In this document: positions 41,403 through 54,320 of the stretch, piece after piece | How positions within the stretch are numbered: position 1 is the stretch's first letter | Layout: every line of letters begins with the position of its first letter | Assembly (NCBI GenBank): GCA_964016885.1 | Contig: OZ024741.1 | Span: 106,764,001 to 106,828,000, forward strand | Direction of reading: 5' to 3' | Origin: Eledone cirrhosa | Taxonomy: Eukaryota | DNA: 64,000 bases | Translations under genes and position numbers: made by a program | Notes under the pieces: model-generated | What the model was told of the DNA's origin: nothing | The model's input: only the letters and a program-made list of their open reading frames with translations | Databases searched by the model: none

Positions 41403-42059
41403 TGTATGTATGTATGTTTGTATGTATGTATGTATATGTTCTTCTGGTTTTATAATTTCATAAATTTTTGCCAATAGAGAGAGAGTCGGTTTCTAACATA
41501 GTTACAAGACTCTCTCATTGGAATTTACACAACATCAACTAGGTAGATATGTTTGCATGTCTGCATGCATGTGTGTGCAGGTATGGATGTTATTGTATAT
41601 GTGGATGTGTATGTTTGGAGTTGTATGTGTGTATGAGCATATGCTTTGTATCTGTACATGTGTATATGCAGTTATTAGATGCAAAATGTTTGGAATGTTT
41701 TACATATTTTTATTGTTCCATTAATGGATTGTACTTGTAATTTCCTAACTAGTTGTGTTCTTTCTGTTTCGCGAAGCCCAGCTTCTCAATATATGTATTG
41801 AGGTAGTTACTAACATATCCCAGTCCCTCAATACATCTAAATGTATAGTCAGGCTGGAGTATCTGCAGATTTCTCATTAGTAGTATCTGCAGATGAATGC
41901 ATGTATGTATGTAATTCTGAAAAAATGCATGTATGTATGGTGTAATTCTGAAAAAATATATAAACACACACATATATATATATAATGTGTGTATGTGCAT
42001 CTGTTTGTAAGTGTCTATGTGAATATTGCATAATATACATTACTATTTGCATTTTGCAG

Positions 42060-42970
42060 GGCCATAGAAAATATTAAAAAACCCTAAGCTCTTCTTTAAA
42101 AGTGTAAAAGAGACTGCGTTGGTACACTGCAAGATTGGGTCACTTTTCCATAAAAATGGCTCACTGACAGAGTATCCTCAAGGGATGAATGAGATACTGA
42201 ATGAACAGTACAAAAATGTTTTCACACCTCCAATGGGGAACATGCAAATAACAAAGCCAGAGAAATTCTTTGATGCCACAGAACTACATTGAGAAATGGC
42301 GACCATCAACCACAGATATAACGGAAGAAGATGTAATATCAACCATAGAAAAAATGAGAGTAAACTGTTGGATGACCTGATAGATTCCCAGCAATCCTCC
42401 TAAAACATGCAAGCGTACCTTAGCAAGACCACTGAAGATCCTCTTCAGAAGTTCTCTGGCTAGTGAGTAAGCTACCCAGAGAGCTAAAAGAAGACATAAT
42501 ATGCCCTGTCCGTAAAGGAAAGGAGAGGAAAGGCTGACCTCAGATATCAGTAAAGTCATGGAACAAATTATCAGAAAAAACTGACCACGTTCCTTAAACA
42601 GCTTTTACAATACACCGACTTTTACAATACACCGACGGGGTACTGAAACAACCGCTGGACCACTCAAAAGTGGATGTGAGATATCTTGACTTTGCGAAGG
42701 GCTTCGACAAGGTCGATTACGTAATGATATGTCACAAACTACAGAGATTTGGCATTGTTGGAAAATTAGATACCGTCTTTCACATCTAGGGTAATGAACA
42801 GATATTGCAATAGTCTGGAGTTCAAAGGCCACCAACTCTTTCATAAGCTACCAAGGAACTTGAGAGATCTACATGGTGTAGACGTGGATGTTTTGAAGAA
42901 ATATCTTGACATTTTGCTATCCACAGCACGGAATGGAGGTAATCTAAGGGCAGCAGTAACGAACTCCCTT
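42060..42970 (+). mobile_element. Decayed CR1/L2-group LINE RT fragment
   Basis: tatcttgactttgcgaagggcttcgacaaggtcgat resembles YLDFAKAFDKVD; 3' LFHKLPRNLRDL...LDILLS. Many stops and deletions. Confidence 0.7.
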
Positions 42971-43052
42971 TATGTATATATATAATTATGTATATGCATA
43001 TATACATAAATACACACATACACACAGACACACACATATATATATATAAACA

Positions 43053-43104
<52 letters not shown>

Positions 43105-43130
43105 TGTATGTATGTATGCATGTATTATAT

Positions 43131-43246
43131 AGCTCACGGTGGAAATGACGAAGGACCGTGACAAGTGGAGAGATGCTGTGTTGAATAGGACCCGTCCCAC
43201 CTTTGCAAGCAGGGAAAAGCGGACGTAAAATGATGATGATGATCAT
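43131..43246 (+). mobile_element. RTE-type LINE 3' end with (GAT)n tail
   Basis: Translates LTVEMTKDRDKWRDAVL, followed by gacgtaaaatgatgatgat. Confidence 0.55.
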
Positions 43247-43469
43247 CATATATATCAGTAGATGCTAGAATTCTTCAATAGTAACTTTGTATTTCCGTTT
43301 CCGGATCTCAGAAACCTTAATCCTCCGAAAAGTTGCAACTTCTCATAAAATATACACATATTATACGTAATGTATAGAACATCTTTATCCTCGTTTGTAA
43401 ACGTTTTTAAACACCCTACATCCATACCCACATGCACACACACGTACACAGTATGATACACCCATACTT

Positions 43470-44280
43470 ATAATTGTGTTTACGTATATATGCCTGTAAT
43501 TATGTATATATGTATGTATATATGCATGTACGTATGTGTTTATGTAAATATGTATGTACGTGTGTATATATGTATGTGTATATATATGCATGTATTTACT
43601 TATATATGTACGTATGTATTTATGTATATACGTATGTACGTGTGTATATATGTATGCGTGTATATATGCATGTATTTACTTATATATGTACGTATGTAAT
43701 TATGTATATACGTATGTACGTGTGTATATATGTATGCGTGTATATATGCATGCATTTATGTATATATGTATGTACGTATGTATTTATGTATATATGTATG
43801 TACGTGTGTATATATATGTATGCCTGTATATATGCATGTAGTTATGTATATATGTATGTACGTATGTATTTATGTATATATGTATGTACGTGTGTATATA
43901 TGTATGCCTGTATATATGTATGTATTTATGTATATATGTACGTATGTATATATGTATGCCTGTATATATGCATGTATTTATGTATATATGCCTGTACGTA
44001 TATATTTATGTATATATGTATGCACGTGTGTATACATGTAGGCGTGTATATATGCATGTATTTATGTATATATGTACGTATATATTTATGCATGCCCGTA
44101 TGTATTTATGTATATATGTATGTACGTGTGTATATATGTATGCGTGTATTATATGCATGTATTTATGTATATATGAATGTACGTATGTATTTATGCATAT
44201 ATGTATGTACGTGTGTAGATATGTATGCGTGCATATATACATGTATTTATGCATATATGTATGTGTATATATAGGTATGT
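43470..44280. repeat. Complex (TATG/TACG/TGCA) minisatellite
   Basis: Repeated gtacgtgtgtatatatgtatgc...gcatgtattta blocks. Confidence 0.9.
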
Positions 44281-44668
44281 GTGTTTATATCGTTGTATAT
44301 TTCCTGTGTACACTTCCTCAGTAAACATTATGATATTCCATATCATCGTAGGAAATTATGATGAGTAAAATAATTCGCTTATTCGTATTCTTTGAGAATA
44401 ACTGGGAGTTACAAAAAGACCCACCACCACCACCACCACCACCACACAACAACACTCCAAAACAACAACAACAGCAACGATGACTACAAGAAGAACATCA
44501 ACAACAGCAACAGCAACTGAACAGTAACAATGGCAACAACTACCAAAACAACAACAATAACAATAAGTAAAATCAGCCACAGCAACATCAAGAACAACAG
44601 CAACAGCAACAACAAAAACAACAACAACAACCCAAATCAGCCACAACAACAACAACAACAACACCACC

Positions 44669-44709
<41 letters not shown>

Positions 44710-45221
44710 CCAAAATTAGCAACAACAACAAAAACAACAACCAAAATCAGCCACAACAACATCAAGGACGACAGCAACAAGAACAACAACAACAGCAACA
44801 ACCAAAATCAGTCACAGCAACATCAAGAACAATAGCAACAACAACAACGTCGTCATCAATAGCAAGAACAGCAACCTAAAACAACAACAACAACAACAAC
44901 AACGAAACGGTAACAATGACAACAACAACAAAAATAGCAACGACAGCAACAAGGAGCAGAGCAGCAGCAACTACAACAAAAACAACTACGACAACACAAT
45001 AGTAAAAACAGCAGCAAAAACAGCCACAATATCAATAACAACAACAACAGTAACAACAATAACAACAATAACAACACAAATAACAAAGAAAAAATACAGA
45101 AAAAATTCTTAGAAAGAAGAGCGGGAAAGAAGAAATAGAAAATAAATACTAACTATTTTATAATAGAAAGAAATAGGACTTTAAAACTAAATTTCCTTTA
45201 GTCAACAAAAATACGAAGATA

Positions 45222-45492
45222 CCGCCCCTTATAATTAAACCTCACCCGACGTCACTCACCCCTTCCCAAAAATAAAATAAATCCTACAAAAATAATCTGT
45301 TTAATACACGTTACAAAAATATATTACAATTTCGGATATTAACTCAATAAAAAGACGAAATCAAACAACATAAAAAAGATCCCTTTATTACACACATAAA
45401 AAATTAAAATAATATACAACAAACTAAAAAATATATATATCTGTATTCCATATCGTTCAGATCGAATCATTCTGTTTCCGGTCCGCCATTTT
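45222..45492. promoter_or_regulatory. Candidate housekeeping-type promoter motif cluster
   Basis: CCGCCCC (GC box) ~45222, GACGTCA (CRE-like) ~45248, TTCCGG (ETS) 45476, CCGCCATTTT (YY1-like) 45483, all in AT-rich unique DNA. Confidence 0.3.
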
Positions 45493-45495
45493 TGT

Positions 45496-45538
<43 letters not shown>

Positions 45539-45573
45539 TTATATATTTATTCATTTGATAACTTCGATTAAAA

Positions 45574-45690
45574 GGGGAACGCATGGCTGTCTGGTTAAGT
45601 AGTTTCACTTGGAATCCACATGGTTTCGGATTTAGTTCCATTGTGTGACACCCTGGGCAAGTTTCTTTTACTATAACAATGCTTTGTTTG
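45574..45690 (+). mobile_element. tRNA/CORE-like SINE fragment
   Basis: gcatggctgtctggttaag ... accctgggcaagt. Confidence 0.5.
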
Positions 45691-45790
45691 CTGGAATAAA
45701 CATGAAATAGCATTTTGTCTGCTGCTATACCAACTCTGCCAATTCGTTCGATTCTTAAAGGATCGCCTCCACTTGGACTACTACTACTAC

Positions 45791-45855
<65 letters not shown>

Positions 45856-46019
45856 ATAGTAGTAGTAGTAGTAGTAGTAATCGTAGTAGTTATATTAGTA
45901 GTAGTAATTATAGTAAAAGAGTAGTATTAGTATTAGTAGTAGTTGTAGTAGTAGTAGAAGTAGCAGCAACAGTATTATTGTTTGTATAGACAAAGATATT
46001 AACCATTACATAAAGCAAC

Positions 46020-46360
46020 GCTATAGGCGTGCACTCAGAATTAGCTGGACAGCTCTCAGAACAAAGGAATATGTCCTGGAAGAGATTGGTACCAACGACT
46101 GTAGTAAGGAAAGAGAAACTTCAGTATCTTGGTCATGTCATCAGGGCCCAAAATGTGACTACACACATCTTTGAGGGACGAATAGAAGGGAAAAAGGCCA
46201 GGGGACGCCAGAAAAGGAGATGGACAGATGATATTAAGAAAGAGACAGGAAGGAGTTTGGCGGAATGTACGGCAATGACAAGAGACAGGAAAAGATGATG
46301 AATGCTGGTCATAAGTCCATGACCCTCAATCCTCAGATATGAGGATGGGGTGAGACTAGG
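46020..46360 (+). mobile_element. RTE-clade LINE 3' fragment
   Basis: KLQYLGHVIR...IFEGRIEGKKARGRQKRRWTDDIK...TRDR, typical RTE C-terminus. Confidence 0.85.
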
Positions 46361-46517
46361 GTAGACTAAAGCAATGCAAGGTTTATTAGCGAAATACTAA
46401 ATAATTATGTATAACATCAGGTTTAAACACAGCGGCTGTATTACCTTATTTATTTCTCATGTGTGTGGTGAGTGTATTCTTACAAACATGTGTCAGTGAG
46501 TGCACACACATACATAC

Positions 46518-46571
<54 letters not shown>

Positions 46572-46699
46572 GGGGTAACAAATTATTAAGTGTAGTCCAG
46601 TTATGGTACTCCTGGTAGTGGATGATATCAACTCTTGGCTAAGTTTAACTCAACAAGGCGTTTCCATAGTGATGCTGTAATTCCTATGTTGTAAACACT

Positions 46700-46975
46700 T
46701 GGAGTAATGATAAATCAGGAAAGAAGAGTGACACGGTTTGCTATACAAAAAAGGTTTTTAATCTCATTATAGTAGCCATGCCTGTATATTCTTTTCATTC
46801 TCACAAGCTCCGATGAATTGACTGGTTATAACTTTGTATTGGTGATCGAATAACGTGAAAATAAGCGGGTAGCGATCTCTAAACCTACCAGTTCAGAGAA
46901 ACAATTGTCAGCAATGAGATTAAAAACCTTTTTGTATAGCAACCGTGTCACTCTTCTTTCCTGATTTATTATTAT
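46700..46975 (+). mobile_element. Fold-back element (~65-bp arms) with hammerhead 46807-46912 carrying a long stem II
   Basis: gct-CCGATGA-attgactggt...accagttcaga-GAAA-caattg-TC-agc. Confidence 0.7.
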
Positions 46976-46983
46976 TATATATG

Positions 46984-47166
46984 TGGATTGGCAGTATCGG
47001 TAGAGGGTCGGACGCCATGCTTTCCAGCATAGTTAGCGTCCCTTTACGATCTGAATTCAAATCCCGCCGAGGTTGACTTTACCTTTCAGCCTTACGGGGT
47101 CGATAAAATAAAGTACCAGTAATACACTGGGTAATTGGTGGCTTTGTGCCTAACGTAGAAACAATT
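46984..47166 (+). mobile_element. SINE (copies at 49357-49530 -, 59552-59728 +; fragments at 55415-55520 and 61605-61735)
   Basis: tggcagtatcggtag A-box-like head, gttcaaatccc B box, conserved ggggtcgataaaataaagtaccagt domain, tail tgtgcc..tagaaacaatt. Confidence 0.8.
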
Positions 47167-47187
47167 ATATATATATATATATATATA

Positions 47188-47362
47188 TAACGAAGGAAAT
47201 GTGGTAAGGAACCAGGTGGACCATAACGCACCAAAGTACTCAATACTTGAGGTAGTAGAGTGGGTAATAGGAACCAGTAAGACCCCGACAGCTGAGCTCA
47301 AGCCGTTTCGACGGCTAATTCGTCGAAACGGCTTGAGCTCAGCTGTCGGGGTCTTACTGGTT

Positions 47363-47427
<65 letters not shown>

Positions 47428-47614
47428 CGAAGGAAGTGTGGTAAGGAACCGGGTGGACCATAACACACCAGAGCACTCAATACTTAGGGTAGTAGAGTGG
47501 ATAATAGGAAAACGTTCTAGACCCCGACGGCAGAGCTCAACCCGTTTCGACGGCTAGGTCCAGAAATACCCGTCGAAACGGCTTGAGCTCTGCCGTCGAG
47601 GTCTTGAACATTTT

Positions 47615-47617
<3 letters not shown>
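47188..47617. mobile_element. Two adjacent fold-back insertions of PLE family B termini (47188-47366, 47427-47617), separated by (TA)n
   Basis: Each is an ~80-bp tail plus a palindrome containing the hammerhead 3' half (GAAAcggc..gccgTC). Homologous to 52858-52990. Confidence 0.8.
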
Positions 47618-47673
<56 letters not shown>

Positions 47674-48006
47674 TCGGAGCACCACTACATAGGATCCACG
47701 GCGACGAGCTTCAAAGGTAGGTGGTATAACCATCGTCATTCCTTTAACAGAATAGAAAAGAGGAAATATACGGTCCTTTCTGAATTGATCTGGAAGCTCA
47801 AACTTGAAAAGACCCCGCACTCTCTGGTCTGGTCCGTGGTTAGAAAGGTTCCCCCAGACAGAGGTGGGTCTGATATTTGCAACCTCTGTCTTAGTGAGAC
47901 ACTCCAGATACTTCATGGCGGAACCAAGCTATTAAACAGAAGGGGCGACTTATTCGGCACCTGCAGACACCTAAGGACGGGAACTTTCCTCAAGCTATAT
48001 GGATAA
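47674..48006 (+). pseudogene. Penelope-like element GIY-YIG endonuclease C-terminal half (5'-truncated at (TA)n)
   Basis: HYIGSTATSFKGRWYNHRHSF...LSELIWKLK...WSVV...CNLCLSE...LLNRRGDLFGTCRH. Confidence 0.9.
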
Positions 48007-49161
48007 ACCCCGGTTATGGCCTCCCGCAATGCCCCCCCTGTAGGTCCCCTACACCCCGTATCAATGACCAATGGGCAACAACACCCACCCATAGTTTGTA
48101 GTCCCTACGCTTGATTGTCCACCTGATCCTCTACTGGTTAGGAGTCAGTAAAACCACGTTTACTGAACCCGAGGAACCCCCTCCCCGGGAGTGGCCCACA
48201 CAGGAAGAACAATTATCCTAAGGTACTAACCCTATACGCATGAATGAGTGCCCGCAACCGTACATAGTGTGTGTATATTGAGATTACGTGAGTGTACACA
48301 CTCATGTGAACGCAACAAAATACTAATACCCCAGGTTGCATTTGAAAAATGTTCGAGTGCATGCTTAAGAGTATATTTGTATATACTCTCTTGTATGAGT
48401 GCACATGTGTATATAGACATACACGCGCATCCAGAGGTATAAAAGTGTAGGTGGGTATATATGTCTGTACTAAGGGATTCGCCTAAGCTCCAAAGCCCCC
48501 AAGCTATTGCTGTGAAGATATATATCACACTCTACTTTTGTCTAGTCTAAACAATAACTTTTCCAAACACCCACTTTACTTTTCTTTAAAAATAACACCC
48601 ACCTCGTTTTATGTCTGTCTTATACTTGGATTCGGGGGCCTCTGTTGTATATATGTATGCACTTGTGCGTACATACATATATATACACACTTGTATGGAT
48701 TTGTGTGTGTAGATGTGTGTGTGTGTCTGTGGGGGTAGGTGTAAGTGCATGTACAAGTCAACCAACATAATTCTTTTTATTTGTAAATTTTATAAGTATT
48801 TTACTCTAACCACAATTTTCAATAGTACCACCCCACATAAATTCCTCAATTTAAGAATGACCTGTAGTATCGAATTTCATACTATAAACCTCTATTGAAT
48901 ATATATCTGACCAGGAATGCTTTTTGTGAAAATCAGTCATATGGAACTATTGTCATCTTGCCTGACGGTTTGAACTTTACAACACCACCTGCCTCTTTGA
49001 GGTCAAATACCAACCCTACTAGCATTTACAAACTGACCAATGAGAATTAAGACTATTCCTGCTGACAACATTAAATTATCCCTAACAAGCTCATATGTCC
49101 CAAGGCTCTGATACCATCAACACGATAAACACAGAGCTGGTATATCTAAGAACTGACTAAA

Positions 49162-49213
49162 TGCCTGATGAGGTCATAGTCATTCAATGGCTATCATCGA
49201 AATATATATAGCA
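49162..49213 (+). ncRNA. Type I hammerhead ribozyme
   Basis: tgc-CTGATGA-ggtcatagtcat-tca-atggctatcatc-GAAA-tatata-TA-gca. Confidence 0.88.
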
Positions 49214-49530
49214 GTAAATAAAGGATTATGAGTTCATGCAATTGACTTATGTTTCGTCATTATATATATATATATAATATATATATATATATATGTGTGT
49301 GTGTATATGTGTGTATATGTATATATATATGTATATATTTATATATTTATATATATAATTGTTTCTACTTTTGACACAAGGCCAGCAATTATCCCAGTGT
49401 ATTACTGGTACTTTATTTTATCGACCCCGTAAGGATGAAAGGCAAAGTTAACCTCGGCGGGATTTGAACTGAGACCATGAAGGGCCGTAACTCTTTGCTG
49501 CAAAGCATGGCGTCCGACCTTCTACCGATA

Positions 49531-49581
<51 letters not shown>

Positions 49582-49583
<2 letters not shown>

Positions 49584-50133
49584 CAAACAGCTGGAGTACT
49601 TGGCTTTGATAAGTTCCAATCAGTACGAAACAGAGCTCTGTCAGCTTTATCTCCCCTGTTTGCTGAAAATTTAAAGTAAGTGAGACTGTCACTACTCTAA
49701 AACAATAGCGTAAGGTCTTCGAAATGCTTTTAATTAAGCATACAGTGTATTGCAAAATACACTATATATACATTCATATATATATCGCTATTTGAGAGCA
49801 CCAATTCTAATTTCCAATTTCTGCCTCACCGGCAACCGCTCTGTATAATCAGTTCCTGATTATTACTAGAATTCAATAAGAATCAAACATTCATGATTTT
49901 CAGCAAACAGGTGGAGTACTTGGCCTTGATAAGTACCAATCAGTACGAAACAGAGCTCTGTCAGCTTTATCTCCCCTGTTTGCTGAAAATTTAAAGTAAG
50001 TGAGACTGTCACTACTCTAAAACAATAGCGTAAGGTCTTCGAAATGCTTTTAATTAAGCATACAGTGTATTGTATAAAATACACTATACATACATTCATA
50101 TATATATCGCTATTTCAGAGCACCAATTCTAAT

Positions 50134-50137
<4 letters not shown>
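49582..50137 (+). mobile_element. Retrozyme-like 320-bp tandem unit (1.7 copies); hammerheads at 49602-49646 and 49922-49966
   Basis: ggct-TTGATAA-gt(t/a)c-caatca-gtac-GAAA-cagagctctg-TC-agct; extended stem I ttcagcaaacagg/cctgtttgctgaa; period 320. Confidence 0.8.
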
Positions 50138-50176
<39 letters not shown>

Positions 50177-50310
50177 TGAATTGGGTTTGAATTATTTTTC
50201 CCACATCTTACGTTAACAATTTTCCCATTTTGACGCTATAGTCACTTATATATTATGGAATACTGTTAGCTTCTAGCTACAATACTTTCTATACCTTTCA
50301 TTTATATATA

Positions 50311-50377
<67 letters not shown>

Positions 50378-50645
50378 GGAAAAGAATGAAACGAAATTTC
50401 ATTTCTCACTCTTAGTACGGCTGATACTTAAATGTAAGTATGTATGTATACGTACATACATATATGTATACAGACGTACAGTAGTACGTATATATATACA
50501 TACATGCACATATATATATATGTACGTATGGGTTTACCGAACATTTATTATAATGTTCGGTTTGTTTGTAAACAAACAGCCCGAATTACGCTGTACAGTG
50601 TTCAGGCAACCACCGTCGCCTTTTTGTTCAACACTGACACAGAAA

Positions 50646-50686
50646 CGATGTACTAGTTTCAAGCTTATTAGCTATCGTCAGCATTG
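50646..50686 (-). ncRNA. Minimal type I hammerhead
   Basis: caatg-CTGACGA-tagct-aata-agctt-GAAA-ctag-TA-catcg. Confidence 0.75.
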
Positions 50687-50840
50687 TATACCTTCCTGTC
50701 AGATGATTGAACGTCTGAAAGTATATACTTTCCTTATGCATATTAACGGCTGAGCAGCCTAATTTGCATATCGAGTGAGTTAGCGCATACATATATATAT
50801 ATACATATATACATATATATATACATATATATATATACAT

Positions 50841-50873
<33 letters not shown>

Positions 50874-50923
50874 CAGACACACACACACACATATATATAT
50901 ATATCTATAAATATATATATATT

Positions 50924-50955
<32 letters not shown>

Positions 50956-51006
50956 AATATATATATATATAAATATATGTATATATGTATATATATGTAT
51001 ATATAT

Positions 51007-51562
51007 AGCAAACAGGTGGAGTACTTGGCTTTGATAAGTTCCAATCAGTACGAAACAGAGCTCTGTCAGCTTTATCTCCCTTGTTTGCTGAAAATTTAAC
51101 GTAAGTGAGACTGTCACTGCTCTAAAACAATAGCGTAATGTCTTCGAAAAGCTTTTAATTAAGCATACAGTGTATTGCAAAATACACTATATATACATTC
51201 ATATATATATCGCTATTTGAGAGCACCAATTCTAATTTCCAATTTCTGCCTGACCGGCAACCGCTCTGTATAATCAGTTCCTGATTATTACTAGAATTCA
51301 ATAAGAATCAAACATTCATGATTTTCAGCAAACAGGTGGAGTACTTGGCCTTGATAAGTACCAATCAGTACGAAACAGAGCTCTGTCAGCTTTATCTCCC
51401 CTGTTTGCTGAAAATTTAAAGTAAGTGAGACTGTTACTACTCTAAAACAATAGCGTAAGGTCTTCGAAATGCTTTTAATTAAGCATACAGTGTATTGTAT
51501 AAAATACACTATACATACATTCATATATATATCGCTATTTCAGAGCACCAATTCTAATTTTC
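51007..51562 (+). mobile_element. Second copy of the retrozyme-like dimer; hammerheads at 51027-51071 and 51347-51391
   Basis: Same start and end points as 49582-50137, offset 1425 bp. Confidence 0.8.
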
Positions 51563-51574
51563 ATATATATATAT

Positions 51575-51795
51575 AAAAGAATAGAGGTGTAACACACAAG
51601 TTATTATATATTGGTAAACGGAATAGAAAATGCTGACAAATTGTTCACAGTGAAAAATAGTTTAATTAGGAATAAGTGAGAATTAGTAATTGTATTGGTT
51701 AGTATTCAGTTTTGGTTTCAAGTTTTACCGGTTGCGCATTTCTAATGCTTTTCAAAAATAATTTTGAGATAGAGCGTCCGTGATGTTTGCTCTGA
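51575..51795 (-). mobile_element. Single-arm copy of family A terminus
   Basis: Matches the left arms of 5206 and 6259; (TA)n on both flanks. Confidence 0.75.
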
Positions 51796-51816
51796 TATAT
51801 ATATATATATATATAC

Positions 51817-52845
51817 ATAATATATAAGATCAAAAGATGGTTAAAAGAGTTCCATGTATTTTTTTATGCGCATTTCAAAAACAAATATCATCATGCAATA
51901 ACATTTGTGTTTTCATCAGATAAAATAGGAAGACATGATATGAAGGTTAAAAAACACTTGTGGATAGTGCTGTTTTAAATCAACATATGCAAAGTAGTTT
52001 TAGATTGATGTGTGATATTGTACCTTTTCTCACTGTGCCTAACATAGAAACAATTATTACACAATACAATATATTCTTACTTTATATCACCCTGAAAAAA
52101 TCCTTCGTAAACATAAACATTTTTTTGACGTTAGATTATTCATCCTCAATTCATTATTTTTTACTCACTTTCATGTTTCATCCTATCTTCTACTTTTTTC
52201 ACAATATATCCTTACTTACATTACCTTTGCTATTTTTAATAATACATATTAATATTTTCTTTCCATCGCACATATTATTAAACCCTTCAATATACAAACC
52301 TTAACTTTACATTATTTTTCTCTTCGTTAATTTTCAAATTCTTTTAATTTATACATTATCTTCCAACGGTTTTTCAATCTCTCTATGTAAAACAATATAT
52401 TTTTCTCAGTTATAAAAGCTATCTCTCTCTCTCTATCACCCATCTCTCCTCCTATCTCATCCTTTCTCATTATACTCCTCCCCCTCCATTTTTTACTCTC
52501 ATCTCCTCCTCTTTTTCATCCTTCCCCCCCCCCCCTCAACATTTTTTTTCCCCCAATATCACACATCAATCTAAAACTACTTTTCATATGTTGATTTAAA
52601 ACTGCACTATCCACAAGTGTTTTTTAACCTTCATGTGTCTTCCTATTTTATCTGATGAAAACACAAATGTTATTGCATGATGATATTTGTTTTTGAAATG
52701 CGCATAATAAAATACATGGAACTGTTTTAACCATCTTTTGATCTTATATATTATGTATACTCCAGTCCTACAAACTGTAGAGTGCTTCTTATCCGATATC
52801 TGCATTGCTTTATTGTACTACAATAAAACCCACCTCCTACATATA
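51817..52845. mobile_element. Fold-back PLE derivative, ~200-bp inverted arms each carrying a hammerhead (51857-51927 -, 52644-52714 +)
   Basis: tattttat-CTGATGA-aaacacaaatgtta...tgatatttgttttt-GAAA-tgcgca-TA-ataaaata. Confidence 0.85.
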
Positions 52846-52952
52846 TATATACATATATAACGAAGGAAATTTTAATAAGGAACCAGGCGGACCATTACGC
52901 ACCAAAGTACTCAATACTTAGGGTAGTAGAGTGGGTAATAGGAACAAGTAAG

Positions 52953-53046
52953 ACCCCGACGGCTGAGCTCAAGCCGTTTCGACGGCTAATTCTGGACTGA
53001 ATGAAAATTTATTCTGGTATTTAAATAGCCGAGCTTATCAAGGGGT
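52953..53046 (-). ncRNA. Type I hammerhead, U3-A8 core variant
   Basis: acccc-TTGATAA-gctcggcta...tagccgtc-GAAA-cggc-ttgagctca-gccg-TC-ggggt. Confidence 0.82.
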
Positions 53047-54089
53047 AATTCCATATATGGTCAAAGAGACAATCACCAGGATTGGTCACATCGCAAGTTA
53101 GTAGTAAATCGGTGATGGCAAATTGGTGGGGGAAGGGGTAGCTAAACCTGCCGGTAGGAGAAAAAGGGAGAGGGGGTGGAGTAGACCCAATCATGCGTTG
53201 GTAGTGCCGGCTACAGCTGGGCGTGAGGTCAAATGGATACTGGGGAGGAGGAGGGGGAGGAATTCGAAACGGTAAGTAGAACAATGGAGGGTAAAACTAT
53301 AAACAGTACTGAGAGAGAGAGAAAAAAAAAAAAAGAAGCAAAGTCTGGTTACTAAGACTTAAGTCTCTCGCTATTGCTAGGCTAAAGAAATACATAAATA
53401 AATAAATAAACAAATACGTGAATAAAAGAATAGATAAATAAATTTAAAAATATATATAATGAAGAATAAAATACTAAAGAGACTGCCACGAAATAATAAA
53501 GGTTTCTACCCCAATCACAGGGCCGGCAAGAAAGTGAACTAGTACGAGAATATAATTTAGGTTCCCGCAAAAAAATACTAGTGCTAACTCTAAGGGTACC
53601 GCCACGAAACGAAAAGTCTTATACACGCTACATGAAAGATCGTACGAAGTAAAAGTAAAGAACGGAAAATTAATACAGAAACACCCCCCCCCCAAACAAA
53701 AGGGAAAAAGAAGAAAGAAATACTGGATAAACGAGAAATTAAAGCAAAGATGCCACTAAGAAATATAGAAGGCACGGAAAAAAGGGACAGCGGTCGGAGA
53801 AGGTGGCAAGTATCCGAAGTCTAACATCTCTGCTATAAAAAGCGGAGTCAGCCAAATCTATCATAGAATAGGGGAAGGGGGTGGGGGTATTGAAGCTACA
53901 AGGGACCGAGGGGCTACCTCGGGTGGGCGAGAAAAAGACGACGACAAAGAAAAGGAACTGGGGTAGAACGACTAGGAAGGGATGGGGGAAGAAGGAAATA
54001 TAGAGGAAGCGATAAAAGAATGTAAAAGAAGATCTTACGTCTCCATTGGCAAGCAGGGGTTACCCATTACAAAATAAGCAAGTGGGGTG

Positions 54090-54320
54090 TTATAGCCCTA
54101 GTCTACCCCCCGGGTCATTATGGGGTTTGAGGGCGAGGTAAGTCCTACGTAATCGGTATTTACATGCAGTAACCAGTTCATCTTTCTTGTTTAGGAGTTG
54201 GTCCGTCGAAAGCATTTGTAAAGTTTCCTCCGAGCATAAATTGCACGGACGGCGTCCTCCCGTGTAAGAGTTGGCTCTGGACAGTAATTTCCAAGTGAGA
54301 TCATAGTTGATGTTGTTGTC
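54090..54320 (-). pseudogene. PLE GIY-YIG C-terminal fragment (absent from the ORF track, no start codon)
   Basis: [37 protein letters not shown]...[15 protein letters not shown]...*, homologous to 47674-48006. Confidence 0.85.

Larger units (their letters stand above)
47672..49262 (+). mobile_element. 5'-truncated Penelope-like retroelement: GIY-YIG end, ~1.15-kb 3' UTR, hammerhead, (TA)n
   Basis: ORF above, ribozyme at 49162-49213, AATAAA, (TA)n on both flanks. Confidence 0.85.

Noticed and set aside
48060-48120. SECIS element in the PLE 3' UTR
   Set aside because: An ATGA and a hairpin are present, but the pairing GA quartet is not correctly spaced by eye. Needs SECISearch3.
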